Positions 1 to 11,930 of a stretch of DNA of 64,000 nucleotides are shown here, piece after piece (the first letter of the stretch is position 1; each line of letters opens with the position of its first letter). Source of the DNA: an uncultured Bacteroidales bacterium (GTDB lineage: Bacteria > Bacteroidota > Bacteroidia > Bacteroidales > Bacteroidaceae); NCBI GenBank assembly GCA_902799355.1, contig CADCAG010000002.1:25693-89692 (forward strand). The letters run 5' to 3'. The notes beneath the pieces were generated by a model. It ran no database searches. It worked only from the letters and a program-made list of their open reading frames with translations, and was not told the origin of the DNA. Position numbers and translations under genes: made by a program.

Positions 1-2780
1 TAGTACTGCCAGTGGTTGACCTGCCCCAGGAGGTCGTAGCCTTTTACCTTTGCAACCCAACGTCCCTGCTTCCACGACTTTGTCAGCGTAGCATCCCAGT
101 AGAGGCGGTTGTCGTTCATCTGACTGTCGGCATAGCCTCGGCGCGAGTGCATCTGCAGATCCGTATCGATGGTGAAGTTCCACGGCAACTTGTAGTTGGC
201 ATTGAAGCCATAGTTGAAGTCATACATGTCGACAGACAGTCCTTCAATCTCTATGCTACGACGGAAATGGCGCCACGTACCATCAGCCTTGAGGGTGAAT
301 GTCAACTTCTCCTTTTGATAGCGTATATTCGGTGAGAAGGTGAACGCGGTATTGGTCACACGGTTGGTTTCGCCCGACGACATATCGGTACTCTGCCCCA
401 CAGAAGAGGAGAGGTTGGCTCCAATGTGCCAGAACTTCTTCGCGCCAAGGGCACGTCCATAGTCAATGTTTCCCGTCATGTTCCAGTTGCCATTGATATT
501 CTCCGTCCAGGTGGTGCGCACACCCGTCGTCGCATCATACGTATATGCGGTAGCCATCGCATTATGCTGGATGTTTGCATACATACCGATGGTGATGTGT
601 TGGTCAATGCTGTCAACGCGTGCCCGATAGCTGGCATTAAACCACCAATAGGTCATTGGCTTCAAGTCGGGGTTACCCTTACGGATATTAAGCGGGTTAC
701 TCGTCTGAGTGATGTCCACCAATTGTCCGATGTTAGGTAGCGAGACGGAGCTGCTTCCATTGGCTGAGAGGGACTTGCGGTTCTTGTCGAACGAGTAGGT
801 GAAGTAGAAATTCATCGTCGGGAAGTCGTAGTTGCGGTTCATCGTCTGGTGCTGATTGTCGCTGTCATAGTACATGTGCTTCCTGCGGAATTGCTTCAAG
901 AGCGACACATAATAATAGAGGTATCCGTTATTGTTTGCCAGCGACTTGCTATAGTTCAGCATCATGCCCACGCTGTACTGGTTCTCACGACTGCCCTGCT
1001 CCGACGAGTTGGGAGCATCAAGGGTCAGCAGGCGCCAGTCGTCAGTAGCTGGCAACTCACCGATAGCATGTGGTCCACCGACGGCCCAATCCTGTCCCAG
1101 CCAGTCCAGGCGGTAAAGATGACTGTCATTATTGTTATAGTAATAGCCGATGCTCGCTCTGGGAGAGATAGAGAAATGATCCGTCAAGCGCAGACGATAG
1201 GAAAGGTTACCTCCTATATTATAACTATTGTACGGACTGTCACTATACTGGTTGCGCTGGTCGACAGTGCCCATCTTACAGATAGTATAGCGGTTCTGCG
1301 AGAAGCTATCGCTATTCCACTGGCGCTGTAGACTCATATCAAAGCCCATCTCCAGCTCATCACCCCACGGTAGTTTCACATCACAGCTCGTATCCCAACT
1401 CAATCGCAGGTAGTCCTGCTTTGAAGAGTAGGAACTCTGCGTATGGTTCACACTGTCTTTCATCAGCTGGTCATTGGCAGTCAACGACCAACTATCGCCC
1501 CAGTTCTTGTCATGGTTATATTCCATGCTAAACCATGAATACAGATAAATCGGCTTACGGATATAGAACGTATTGTTTGCCGATAGCTGGAAGGGACGAT
1601 TATTGCTCTGCGAACGTGACTGTCCGAAGGTGCTGGCACCAGCCAGGAAGTTCTCGCTCTGGCTCTCACTCTCCGAATAGATATCCTGCCAGTTTAGTTT
1701 GAATCCGAAGTCGTTGGTGATGCGTTCCTCTGGGGTATGCAGCGACCAGTTGCCGCCAATGGTCTTGAGGTCGCGGTCACCAGAAGCCTGCGTACGGTCT
1801 TGCTCATTACCCTCACGGTCGTAGTCGATATATTCGTTCAGGTTGTTCACACCTCCAAAGAGCACTGCACGGGTCTGGTCGGTATAGCGCAATCCGAAGC
1901 CTCGAGCCTTGTAGCGATCGTCGGTGCCATAGCCTGCCTCTAAGTTGACAGTACCACCAACCCTGTATTCTTTCTTCAGCACCACATCCATGGTATATTC
2001 CTTCTCCTCGACGTCACGTCCGAGGAACTCACTCTTGGGTGTCCGCTTGTTGAACACCTGCACGTTCTTCACGGTATAGTACGGCAGATTCTCGAGCATC
2101 ATCTTGTTCTTACCCTTGAAGAAGTCTGCACCGTTGAGCGTCAGGTTCTCTATCTTCTTGCCGTTGACATAGATCTCACCGTTGTCCTTAAGCTCTACAC
2201 CTGGCAGCTGCTTGATAAGTCCGTCAAGCATTGAACCCTCAGGGATATTAAAGGCATCAGCATTGAAGACGATGGTGTCACCCTTGTATACCATCTTGAC
2301 TTTCGTCGCCTTCACTACGACCTCCTGCAAGGAGCCACCATCCTTATCGTAGTTGCTGCGCTGGATACGTTTCATGCGGATAGCAGGCACCTCAAAGTCA
2401 CGGTTGCGGGCAACATACTTTATTTCGTAGTCCTTGTAAGTGGTCTCGTAGTCTGGGTGCGTAGCCTTGATGATATACTTGGCAGGCTTGGCAGGAACCT
2501 CCAGGTAGTACTCCGAGGACTTAAAACCGCCATAGCCGCCATTCTCGACGTGGGCAGAGTCGACGAGCGACGAGTCGGATCTCAGTACGACGACCTTTAC
2601 ATCAGGGATGTACGCTCGTGTGAAGGAGTCTGAGAGATATCCCCACAGATACACCTTCTTCTCTTTCTTTTCTTTCTCTTTAGTTTCTTTGTTGACAGCA
2701 ACAGAATCCTGCTGCTGAGCCATTGTATGGCCCGACAGCAGGACAAGTAAAAGTAAAATGGTTGATAATTGTTTTTTCAT
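1..2780 (-). CDS. Outer-membrane beta-barrel / TonB-dependent-receptor-like protein (3' end runs off the window)
   Basis: Not in the ORF track because there is no stop in the window. Manual translation from ATG at 2780 gives MKKQLSTILLLLVLLSGHTMAQQ (signal peptide)...LQEVVVKATKVKMVYKGDTIVFNADAFNIPEGSMLDGLIKQLPGVELKDNGEIYVNGKKIENLTLNGADFF, a plug-like segment typical of Bacteroidota OMP beta-barrel proteins. Confidence 0.85.
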   Translation of the reverse strand, partial: MKKQLSTILLLLVLLSGHTMAQQQDSVAVNKETKEKEKKEKKVYLWGYLSDSFTRAYIPDVKVVVLRSDSSLVDSAHVENGGYGGFKSSEYYLEVPAKPAKYIIKATHPDYETTYKDYEIKYVARNRDFEVPAIRMKRIQRSNYDKDGGSLQEVVVKATKVKMVYKGDTIVFNADAFNIPEGSMLDGLIKQLPGVELKDNGEIYVNGKKIENLTLNGADFFKGKNKMMLENLPYYTVKNVQVFNKRTPKSEFLGRDVEEKEYTMDVVLKKEYRVGGTVNLEAGYGTDDRYKARGFGLRYTDQTRAVLFGGVNNLNEYIDYDREGNEQDRTQASGDRDLKTIGGNWSLHTPEERITNDFGFKLNWQDIYSESESQSENFLAGASTFGQSRSQSNNRPFQLSANNTFYIRKPIYLYSWFSMEYNHDKNWGDSWSLTANDQLMKDSVNHTQSSYSSKQDYLRLSWDTSCDVKLPWGDELEMGFDMSLQRQWNSDSFSQNRYTICKMGTVDQRNQYSDSPYNSYNIGGNLSYRLRLTDHFSISPRASIGYYYNNNDSHLYRLDWLGQDWAVGGPHAIGELPATDDWRLLTLDAPNSSEQGSRENQYSVGMMLNYSKSLANNNGYLYYYVSLLKQFRRKHMYYDSDNQHQTMNRNYDFPTMNFYFTYSFDKNRKSLSANGSSSVSLPNIGQLVDITQTSNPLNIRKGNPDLKPMTYWWFNASYRARVDSIDQHITIGMYANIQHNAMATAYTYDATTGVRTTWTENINGNWNMTGNIDYGRALGAKKFWHIGANLSSSVGQSTDMSSGETNRVTNTAFTFSPNIRYQKEKLTFTLKADGTWRHFRRSIEIEGLSVDMYDFNYGFNANYKLPWNFTIDTDLQMHSRRGYADSQMNDNRLYWDATLTKSWKQGRWVAKVKGYDLLGQVNHWQY

Positions 2781-2810
2781 ATCCTGAATCAAAATCTGAC
2801 TAATATCTGT

Positions 2811-3983
2811 CTATTTGACAACCTTGCGAGGCTGGTACTCGAAGAGTTTCTGGTTGGCTCGCAGTTGCTCAATGCTAAGGTTATGGAGTACGCTACCTTT
2901 CCAGTTAGCGCCCCAAGCATTGAAGGGTTCGCCTTCTGGTTCTATATAGGTAAAGGTCTTCACATCCAAGGGTATCGGGTCGAAAACCTTCAGATAGGCA
3001 ATATAGTCGCCAGCATTCCCGTCCATAAAGAACATCTCGTTCTGTGGCACGCCCTGCACTTCGCGGAGCTTATACTGCCTACCAGCATCGTCAAGCAGCA
3101 CGTCGCCTTTTTCATTACCCCAGAAGAATCCCCAATACTCGCGTGTCCAGTTCTGCTCACAGGCAATGGCCAAATAGGTAGCCTCTGGTGTAAGCCAGAT
3201 AGCCATCGTGCCGTCCTGCTGTGGCTTGATATAATGAGCATCTGTTAGTACTTTCCAGGTATTCCAGTTCTGCATGTCATAGGGCTTATCCTCGCTGAGA
3301 TGTTCCTGAAGCAGACGAGGCTGATGGAACTGTGGCTTCACGTCGTAGTCAAAGCCGACTCCTGCCCATCCACTATTGTTCTGCTGTCTGAGACTCACCT
3401 TGTTTCCCACCAAATACCAGTTGGGTATACCAAAGATGACAACATCTTTCGTGCTTTCCGGCAGTGGTGGGAAGAAGATTTTCAGGTCTATCACATCGCC
3501 TTTCTTCCCTTTCACGCTGAAATGCTTACGGAAGGTATCGGGTTCCGTACGACGTATGCGATACTGTATACCCGTCTCGTAATCCACAAGACAGGTCTCC
3601 TCTGATGTCAACCACAGATGAGTCACCTCGTCAGCAGGCATACGGAAGTAGCAGTGCATCACCGTCTCTCCACCTTCTGCCGTCAGTCGCCAACTCATCG
3701 GCATATATGGCTGGTCATCAAGGGACATATTGGCGACCTCAGGGAAGAGCTGCAGATAGTCTTTGATGACTGTCACGTTCTTGGCTTCGCAGTTGTCCTT
3801 GATCCAGTCGTTGTTTGTAGAGTGCCAGACAGCAGAGGTCTTCTTGGTCTTTTTATCTGTGTTAACCTCTGGACGGGGCACAAAAACACCTGTACTGGAA
3901 GCCAGCACTTTCACTTCTTGCACTTGTGCCTGCATCGACAGGCAGGCTATAGCCATCAGGCTAAGGGCTACTATACGTTTCAT
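2811..3983 (-). CDS. Secreted hypothetical protein with two similar domains
   Basis: 390 aa; signal peptide MKRIVALSLMAIACLSMQAQ; overlaps the upstream gene's stop by 4 nt. Confidence 0.8.
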   Translation of the reverse strand: MKRIVALSLMAIACLSMQAQVQEVKVLASSTGVFVPRPEVNTDKKTKKTSAVWHSTNNDWIKDNCEAKNVTVIKDYLQLFPEVANMSLDDQPYMPMSWRLTAEGGETVMHCYFRMPADEVTHLWLTSEETCLVDYETGIQYRIRRTEPDTFRKHFSVKGKKGDVIDLKIFFPPLPESTKDVVIFGIPNWYLVGNKVSLRQQNNSGWAGVGFDYDVKPQFHQPRLLQEHLSEDKPYDMQNWNTWKVLTDAHYIKPQQDGTMAIWLTPEATYLAIACEQNWTREYWGFFWGNEKGDVLLDDAGRQYKLREVQGVPQNEMFFMDGNAGDYIAYLKVFDPIPLDVKTFTYIEPEGEPFNAWGANWKGSVLHNLSIEQLRANQKLFEYQPRKVVK

Positions 3984-4891
3984 ATTTCTCTCGGGTTTTG
4001 GTTAATACTCTTTGTATGCATGAGTTCATCACGATAATCTTGATAACAGGCAGACGATTCCTTGGTGCCTAAAGGCGCATGAGTACCGTAAAGTAGTATC
4101 TTGCCGTTCACACGTTCGGCAATCCAACGGTATTGCAGTTGCTGACGCATGTCCTTCAGTTCGAAGAAGAACTGCTGATGCGAGAAACTCAGCAGATAGC
4201 CAGGCGTCTCGTCACTATAACAGCAAGCCACTTGCAAGAGTCGTCCGAAGACATCTATCTCCTTATTGTCTGGGAACACATATACGCTAGACACCACATT
4301 GCTGCCAGCAGGTTGTGTACATTCCAGTTCACCTTGTTTCACATGGTTATAAGCTGCCATCTTGGCAATGAACTCATCTACGCGAGCTGGGTTCTGGTAG
4401 GGCAAGGTATCCTTCGTCAGTTCAGCTGAAGCATAGTGAAGATGATCGGTATAAGCAGGACTCACCGTAGGACTCACAGGAACCGTCTTCTGCTGTTTGC
4501 CAGAATCATGCAATTGCTTTTTCTGTTTTTTGGCAGGTTGCTTCTTGTCTGTTTTCTTATTGACGGTCTTCTGGCTGGATGTTCCCTCCTTCTTGGGTTC
4601 TTTGGAGGTTGCCTCAACAACAGACGCCTGCGGGGATTCCACCTTGGCCACCACTTTGGGAGCAGTCGGCATCGTCTCCTCTGTAGGCATCATGGTCACA
4701 CCGATACCTATTATTAATAAGACGCTAGCTGCTGCAGCCACCCACCACCAGCGACGAATAGGACGAGTCATGGGAGGATTCGTCTTCTGCTCCATGTTTT
4801 TCATGAAGTCAGCAGGCAGCTGTGGGGTGTCGGCATATTTCCGACGCAGCGCCTCACGCAGATCCGTGTCTTTATATCGTTCGTTCTTCAT
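3980..4891 (-). CDS. Putative membrane-anchored anti-sigma factor
   Basis: 303 aa; short cytoplasmic N-terminus, one TM helix (RRWWWVAAAASVLLIIGIGV), K/P-rich linker, periplasmic domain; overlaps the ECF sigma gene. Confidence 0.65.
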   Translation of the reverse strand: MKNERYKDTDLREALRRKYADTPQLPADFMKNMEQKTNPPMTRPIRRWWWVAAAASVLLIIGIGVTMMPTEETMPTAPKVVAKVESPQASVVEATSKEPKKEGTSSQKTVNKKTDKKQPAKKQKKQLHDSGKQQKTVPVSPTVSPAYTDHLHYASAELTKDTLPYQNPARVDEFIAKMAAYNHVKQGELECTQPAGSNVVSSVYVFPDNKEIDVFGRLLQVACCYSDETPGYLLSFSHQQFFFELKDMRQQLQYRWIAERVNGKILLYGTHAPLGTKESSACYQDYRDELMHTKSINQNPREI

Positions 4892-5441
4892 CTTTCAACT
4901 TTTTATAGAGCTTTTTTCTCGTTCTGTATAGTCGATTGGCCAGTACCCCAGCCTCAACACCCATGATGTATGCTATCTCCGTCAGCGAACGGTCTTCGAA
5001 GTAATAGAGCGTCAGCAACATCCGTTCATCAGCAGGCAGGTCATCTACCATCTGCATCAGTTGCTCAATACGCTCTTCGCGACCTGTCGACAGTTCTGTC
5101 TCCAGTTCCTCGTCGCTAATATCCTTTTGCCCTACCCCTGTATCTTCCAAAGGCACTATCAGCGGACTGTTACGTTTTAGGAAGTCCAGCGTCAGTCGGT
5201 AGGCAATGCGACAGAGCCAGGTGGAGAGTGAGCTTCGCTGTGGGTCGTAGCTGTCGATATGACTGAAGGCCCGCATCAAGGTGTCCTGTGTCAGCTCTTG
5301 AGCATCCATCACGTCAGGCACCTGCTTCACGATCATGGCAAAGATACGCTGAGCATAGCGACCGACCATCTCTGTCTGCCCCTCATGGCGTCCACTGCGA
5401 ACAGCCTCCACGATGTCTTTCTCTGTTAGAGCACTCATCAA
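4872..5441 (-). CDS. ECF-type RNA polymerase sigma-70 factor
   Basis: 189 aa; region 2 DAQELTQDTLMRAF...SLSTWLCRIAYRLTLDFLK; region 4 LLTLYYFEDRSLTEIAYIMG...RLYRTRKKL. Confidence 0.95.
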   Translation of the reverse strand: MMSALTEKDIVEAVRSGRHEGQTEMVGRYAQRIFAMIVKQVPDVMDAQELTQDTLMRAFSHIDSYDPQRSSLSTWLCRIAYRLTLDFLKRNSPLIVPLEDTGVGQKDISDEELETELSTGREERIEQLMQMVDDLPADERMLLTLYYFEDRSLTEIAYIMGVEAGVLANRLYRTRKKLYKKLKDEERTI

Positions 5442-5468
5442 TGATTCAGTTCTACTAGTTATACGACA

Positions 5469-5503
5469 AGTTGAGGGAAATATCTTGCATTCCCCTCAAC
5501 TAT
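5469..5503 (-). terminator. Hairpin downstream of the GH27 gene (probable terminator), overlapping the sigma gene's upstream region
   Basis: Inverted repeat agttgagggaa...ttcccctcaact; no clear U-tract. Confidence 0.5.
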
Positions 5504-5543
5504 TTTATCACAATTAAGATTTTTTAAGTTACAACCGTGGTCA

Positions 5544-7280
5544 TTATTTCTGTGTTACCTTGCGACCATTAATGATATTGATGCCCTTGCGTGGTGTCTT
5601 TATCTTACGGCCTGACAAGTCGAAGATTTGGCTATTCGACCATTTGCTATTTACTATCTCACGGATACCAGTGGGAGCTGTAGAGACAACGTCTATGTAG
5701 TCAATGTCAGGCATCCAGTTGGAAACGTTCGCCAGACGGATGGTGTTCTGGCCAGGCTGCAGTTGGATGGTAATCGTCTTCGTACCCACCTTCTGCCAGC
5801 CACCACTATTGCAAGAGAGGGTCTGCACATTAGTACCGTTCACGCTGACAGACATTTTACGACTCTCACCACAGATAAAGCCAATAGTCAGATTATATTC
5901 GCCACCGTTCTTGCTATAGACATTACGCCATTCCAGGGCATTCGCCTCACTATATCCTAACCAGCCAGCCTTGTAGCCGCAGGAGCAATAGTCAGCAGTC
6001 TCGTAGATACCCGTCTTCTCAGCCTGGTTATTCTTGATTTCCTGATAGGTACTGATATAACCTGTTTCGGCTTCGTAGCGGGTACGCTCCAGACGCTGTT
6101 CAGCCTCAGCGACATAGATGCGGACGCCATGGGCAGGGACCTTCACTTCAAAGGTGCCCGTTGCCTCCTTTTTGTTGCGAGGCATAAACGCGTCATACAT
6201 CTTCACCAGACCACCCATATCCAGGTCAGCGAAACTGACCTGAACAGTTTTCTGTGCATCGTTAGGATTATACACGGCAAAGGCACGCTTCACACCGTTC
6301 AGCTCTTCCAAGTCCTTTGCCAACAGATAGCAACCGTTGACGAGGGCAGCCACATAGGCCTGCTGATAGAGCGCATCCTGGTTCAGGGCAATGAGTTCCT
6401 TTTTCTTCAAGAGGCTAAGCGTCTCATCCTTGATATTCCTCAGGTCACAACCAATGAGCAGCGGCGAGTTCATGATGCACCACATACCGAAGTGCGTCTT
6501 GTCCTCCTCCGTTGTCAGCGAACGTCCCACCTCCAGCATGTCCATATCATTGTAGTGACCCTTGCTGCAATAAGCAGAAAGGTAGAGGTTCTCGGCAATG
6601 ATACCCTTCACCGACTCCCAGCTGCAGTTGATATCACCGGTGGTACGCCATGAGAAGGCAGCATTGTCTACCCATGTACCCGGATAAGCCCAGCGACAGG
6701 CATTCATGCGCACGTCGGTACGTCCTGTATTCTGAATAGCCTGAGCTATGGCCGTATAGCGCTCCTGTTCGTCAAGCACTAAGTGGTCCTCATTATGATA
6801 GTAGGAGCCACCACAGAAGTCTACCTTGATGAAGTCGAAGCCACAGTCTTTAAAGAAGAAGTCAGCATCCTGCTGGTCATGCTCATAAAGTCCCACGCCT
6901 TTACCCGTGACGTCGCCATTGAACATCGAGCCACAGGTGTTACGGCCTGCATCACTGTAGATGCCCGCCTTCAATCCCTTCTCGTGGATATAGTCAGCCA
7001 CGGGTTTCAGTCCGTTAGGGAAACGGGTGGAGTGAATGAGCAAGTGACCGTCTTCCGCATCACGACCACCGAAATAGCCATCATCAATATTGATATGGTC
7101 ATAGCCCACGCCGAGCAATCCCTTGCTGACCATGGCATCGGCCTGTCCTTTAATAATGCTCTCGCTGATGTTCACACCGAAGGTGTTCCACGAGCTCCAT
7201 CCCATCGTGGGACCATCCTGCCCTACTGCTGTGCCAGCTACCGTAAGAGCTACGGCTAACATAAAATGTCTATAATTCAT
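5544..7280 (-). CDS. GH27 alpha-galactosidase with CBM35/CBM6-like module and Prevotella-type C-terminal secretion tail
   Basis: PTMGWSSWN, INIDDGY, GLKAGIYSDAG, FIKVDFC, WRTTGDI, YNDMDMLEVG; then YEAE...IDYIDV CBM; tail IFDLSGRKIKTPRKGINIINGRKV. Confidence 0.92.
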   Translation of the reverse strand: MNYRHFMLAVALTVAGTAVGQDGPTMGWSSWNTFGVNISESIIKGQADAMVSKGLLGVGYDHINIDDGYFGGRDAEDGHLLIHSTRFPNGLKPVADYIHEKGLKAGIYSDAGRNTCGSMFNGDVTGKGVGLYEHDQQDADFFFKDCGFDFIKVDFCGGSYYHNEDHLVLDEQERYTAIAQAIQNTGRTDVRMNACRWAYPGTWVDNAAFSWRTTGDINCSWESVKGIIAENLYLSAYCSKGHYNDMDMLEVGRSLTTEEDKTHFGMWCIMNSPLLIGCDLRNIKDETLSLLKKKELIALNQDALYQQAYVAALVNGCYLLAKDLEELNGVKRAFAVYNPNDAQKTVQVSFADLDMGGLVKMYDAFMPRNKKEATGTFEVKVPAHGVRIYVAEAEQRLERTRYEAETGYISTYQEIKNNQAEKTGIYETADYCSCGYKAGWLGYSEANALEWRNVYSKNGGEYNLTIGFICGESRKMSVSVNGTNVQTLSCNSGGWQKVGTKTITIQLQPGQNTIRLANVSNWMPDIDYIDVVSTAPTGIREIVNSKWSNSQIFDLSGRKIKTPRKGINIINGRKVTQK

Positions 7281-7310
7281 AGTGATTATATCAAGGATGT
7301 TCGTTGTCTC

Positions 7311-8501
7311 TTACTTCAGATCCTCAACTCTCTTGATGTTGTCTGTCTTCACATCGCGTCCCAAGAGGAAACGGTCAATAAAAGCCTGCACCTCTGGCCA
7401 TTGAGTCTGTGGCAACTGGCAGTGACCATGCTTGCCCACGATGCTCCAACCCATACGGTCACCAATGCCGAAACGCTCCCAAACTTTCTTGGCTGCCTCA
7501 GCAGAGGGTAGCATCGAGCCATCAGCCAGCCACTCGAAATCAGGATTACCCAACAACAACAGCGCACGCGGACATACCATCGCGCACAGCTCGTGCTGGT
7601 CGTAAGGCAAGCGGTAGACGCTGTCACCATGGAAGTTCTCCTTCTGGCTCTCCAAGAACCAGTGGTAGTCGGTCTTGTCGAGGTCCTCCAGATTCTTGCC
7701 GGCCAGTGTCGACTCGTGTGACTTACGCCAAGCGGCAGCACCGCCACCACCAGGTTCCTGAGCAATGGTCAGCGCGATGCGTTCATCGAAAGCACCACAG
7801 TAGAGTGCCATCTTGCCAGCATACGAGCAACCTGTCACACCAATACGCTTGGTATCAATCTTTGTCACCTCTGGCCCCAACTGCTGCAGACCATCAATGA
7901 TACGACTCATACCCCATGCCCACTCACTATAGGCACCATTGTCCTTCAACTGAGGATATAGGCGGTCGAAGTGGTGCTCGCCACGGTCGTGGTGCTTGCC
8001 AAACTGCTTGTAGTCATTGACCTGTGCCGAAGTAAAGGTAGTGGTGGCAATGGGTCTGTCCTCAAAGAGCTGACGTGGAATGGCTATCATATCCGTGCCA
8101 ATCATCAGTGCATAGGGAGCCTCCCCAACCTTAGGATAGCGGATGACAGACTTCAGCGTCAGCATCTCCTGACCAACGGTCACATCAACAATCAGGGTGT
8201 CGCCTTCCATGCGGGCCTTTACCTGTTCAGACTTCACAGCGGGTTTGGTACCGATGCCATAGTGCTGAATCATCTGTCCGATATCACTACGGCGCTTTGC
8301 CCAGCCTTTAAACTTCTTGACGCCCTCCAAGGCATCGGGCAGCTCACGGATAACAGGTAACTGGTCGGCAGCAGGCATGGCGGGTGCTGCAAACTTACTG
8401 CCTGTGTTCTCTACGTCATAGACAAGTGGCAGGTCATTCTTTTGTGCTGACGCTGCAGTCATTGTCAGCAGCGCCAGCAAGGTCATGATATTCTTCTTCA
8501 T
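7311..8501 (-). CDS. CE15 glucuronoyl-esterase-family protein (Tyr variant)
   Basis: WAWGMSRIIDGL, RIGVTGCSYAGK, GAFDERIALTIAQEPGGGG, LPYDQHEL, HGHC. Confidence 0.9.
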   Translation of the reverse strand: MKKNIMTLLALLTMTAASAQKNDLPLVYDVENTGSKFAAPAMPAADQLPVIRELPDALEGVKKFKGWAKRRSDIGQMIQHYGIGTKPAVKSEQVKARMEGDTLIVDVTVGQEMLTLKSVIRYPKVGEAPYALMIGTDMIAIPRQLFEDRPIATTTFTSAQVNDYKQFGKHHDRGEHHFDRLYPQLKDNGAYSEWAWGMSRIIDGLQQLGPEVTKIDTKRIGVTGCSYAGKMALYCGAFDERIALTIAQEPGGGGAAAWRKSHESTLAGKNLEDLDKTDYHWFLESQKENFHGDSVYRLPYDQHELCAMVCPRALLLLGNPDFEWLADGSMLPSAEAAKKVWERFGIGDRMGWSIVGKHGHCQLPQTQWPEVQAFIDRFLLGRDVKTDNIKRVEDLK

Positions 8502-8571
8502 CGTTGTGTGTTGTTATTGAAGATTGTTTATAAAATATATGTAGTTAAAGGAGTTAAAGGAGTTAAAGAAG

Positions 8572-10977
<2,406 letters not shown>

Positions 10978-11880
10978 TTATTTATCGAATAAGTTGTTCT
11001 TCTCAATAGTCCAGTCCTTACGTTTCAGGATTTCGCAGTCCTTACCACGGAACATCTTGGCAGCCTGCTGGTCACCCTTCAACTGCCACTGCAGCCATGC
11101 CAGTGCTACCACGCTGAACTCACCACCATGAGGCTGGCGGTAGGTACCACCATGACCTACGGGGAAGTTAACAGCACAAGCGGGCACATGGTCAATCAGG
11201 TGGAAGTCGTCCATACCGTTCTCGTAGGCGATATCCGTCTTACCACCCAGCAGGTACATGATGGGCGTATGAATCTCCTTCAGCTTCTCCTTGGGAGGCA
11301 TCGGCATACCACCAACTGCCTGGGCAGCATTAGAACGCTTGAACAGACCACTATTACAAATCATCAGCGTTGTCACGCGAGGATCAGCACAGTTGAACAG
11401 CGTCTGCAAACCACCACACGACATACCTGACAGACAGATGTGCTTGGTGTCTATCTTATTATAATAAGGTGAAGACTTGTCCTGGTTCTGTGCGAATACC
11501 CAGTCAATGCTCTCTATCTGTTGCTGTGTGGTCGACATCGGACCGCGATAGGGTTCTTCCTCCATAGGGATATAACCTGTAGCCACCACGATGAAGCCAT
11601 AGCTGGCAATCTCGTTCAGGAACTTAAAGTGCTCCCAGGGTGAGTTGGTGCAGGCACCGTTACCCCATACAAGGACGGGCAGCAGGTTCTTCTTGCCGAA
11701 CTTCGACAGGTCCTGCGGCACAAAGACGGTATGAGCCTGCAAGCCCGGCACCTCGGTCATGATGGCCTTATAAGGACCCTGACCTCCGTCTTCTACAACC
11801 TTTGATTTCAATGCGTCACCCTGTGCCATAGCCACTGCAGCCATGCACAGCATACATACTGATAAGAGAATCTTCTTCAT
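10978..11880 (-). CDS. Secreted alpha/beta hydrolase (esterase)
   Basis: Signal peptide; PVLVWGNG, LSGMSCGG (GxSxG), GGKTD, GHGG. Confidence 0.85.
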   Translation of the reverse strand: MKKILLSVCMLCMAAVAMAQGDALKSKVVEDGGQGPYKAIMTEVPGLQAHTVFVPQDLSKFGKKNLLPVLVWGNGACTNSPWEHFKFLNEIASYGFIVVATGYIPMEEEPYRGPMSTTQQQIESIDWVFAQNQDKSSPYYNKIDTKHICLSGMSCGGLQTLFNCADPRVTTLMICNSGLFKRSNAAQAVGGMPMPPKEKLKEIHTPIMYLLGGKTDIAYENGMDDFHLIDHVPACAVNFPVGHGGTYRQPHGGEFSVVALAWLQWQLKGDQQAAKMFRGKDCEILKRKDWTIEKNNLFDK

Positions 11881-11930
11881 AAGTATTTCTTTTGTTAATA
11901 GTTTCTTTAATAACGTTGATTAGGCTCGAT

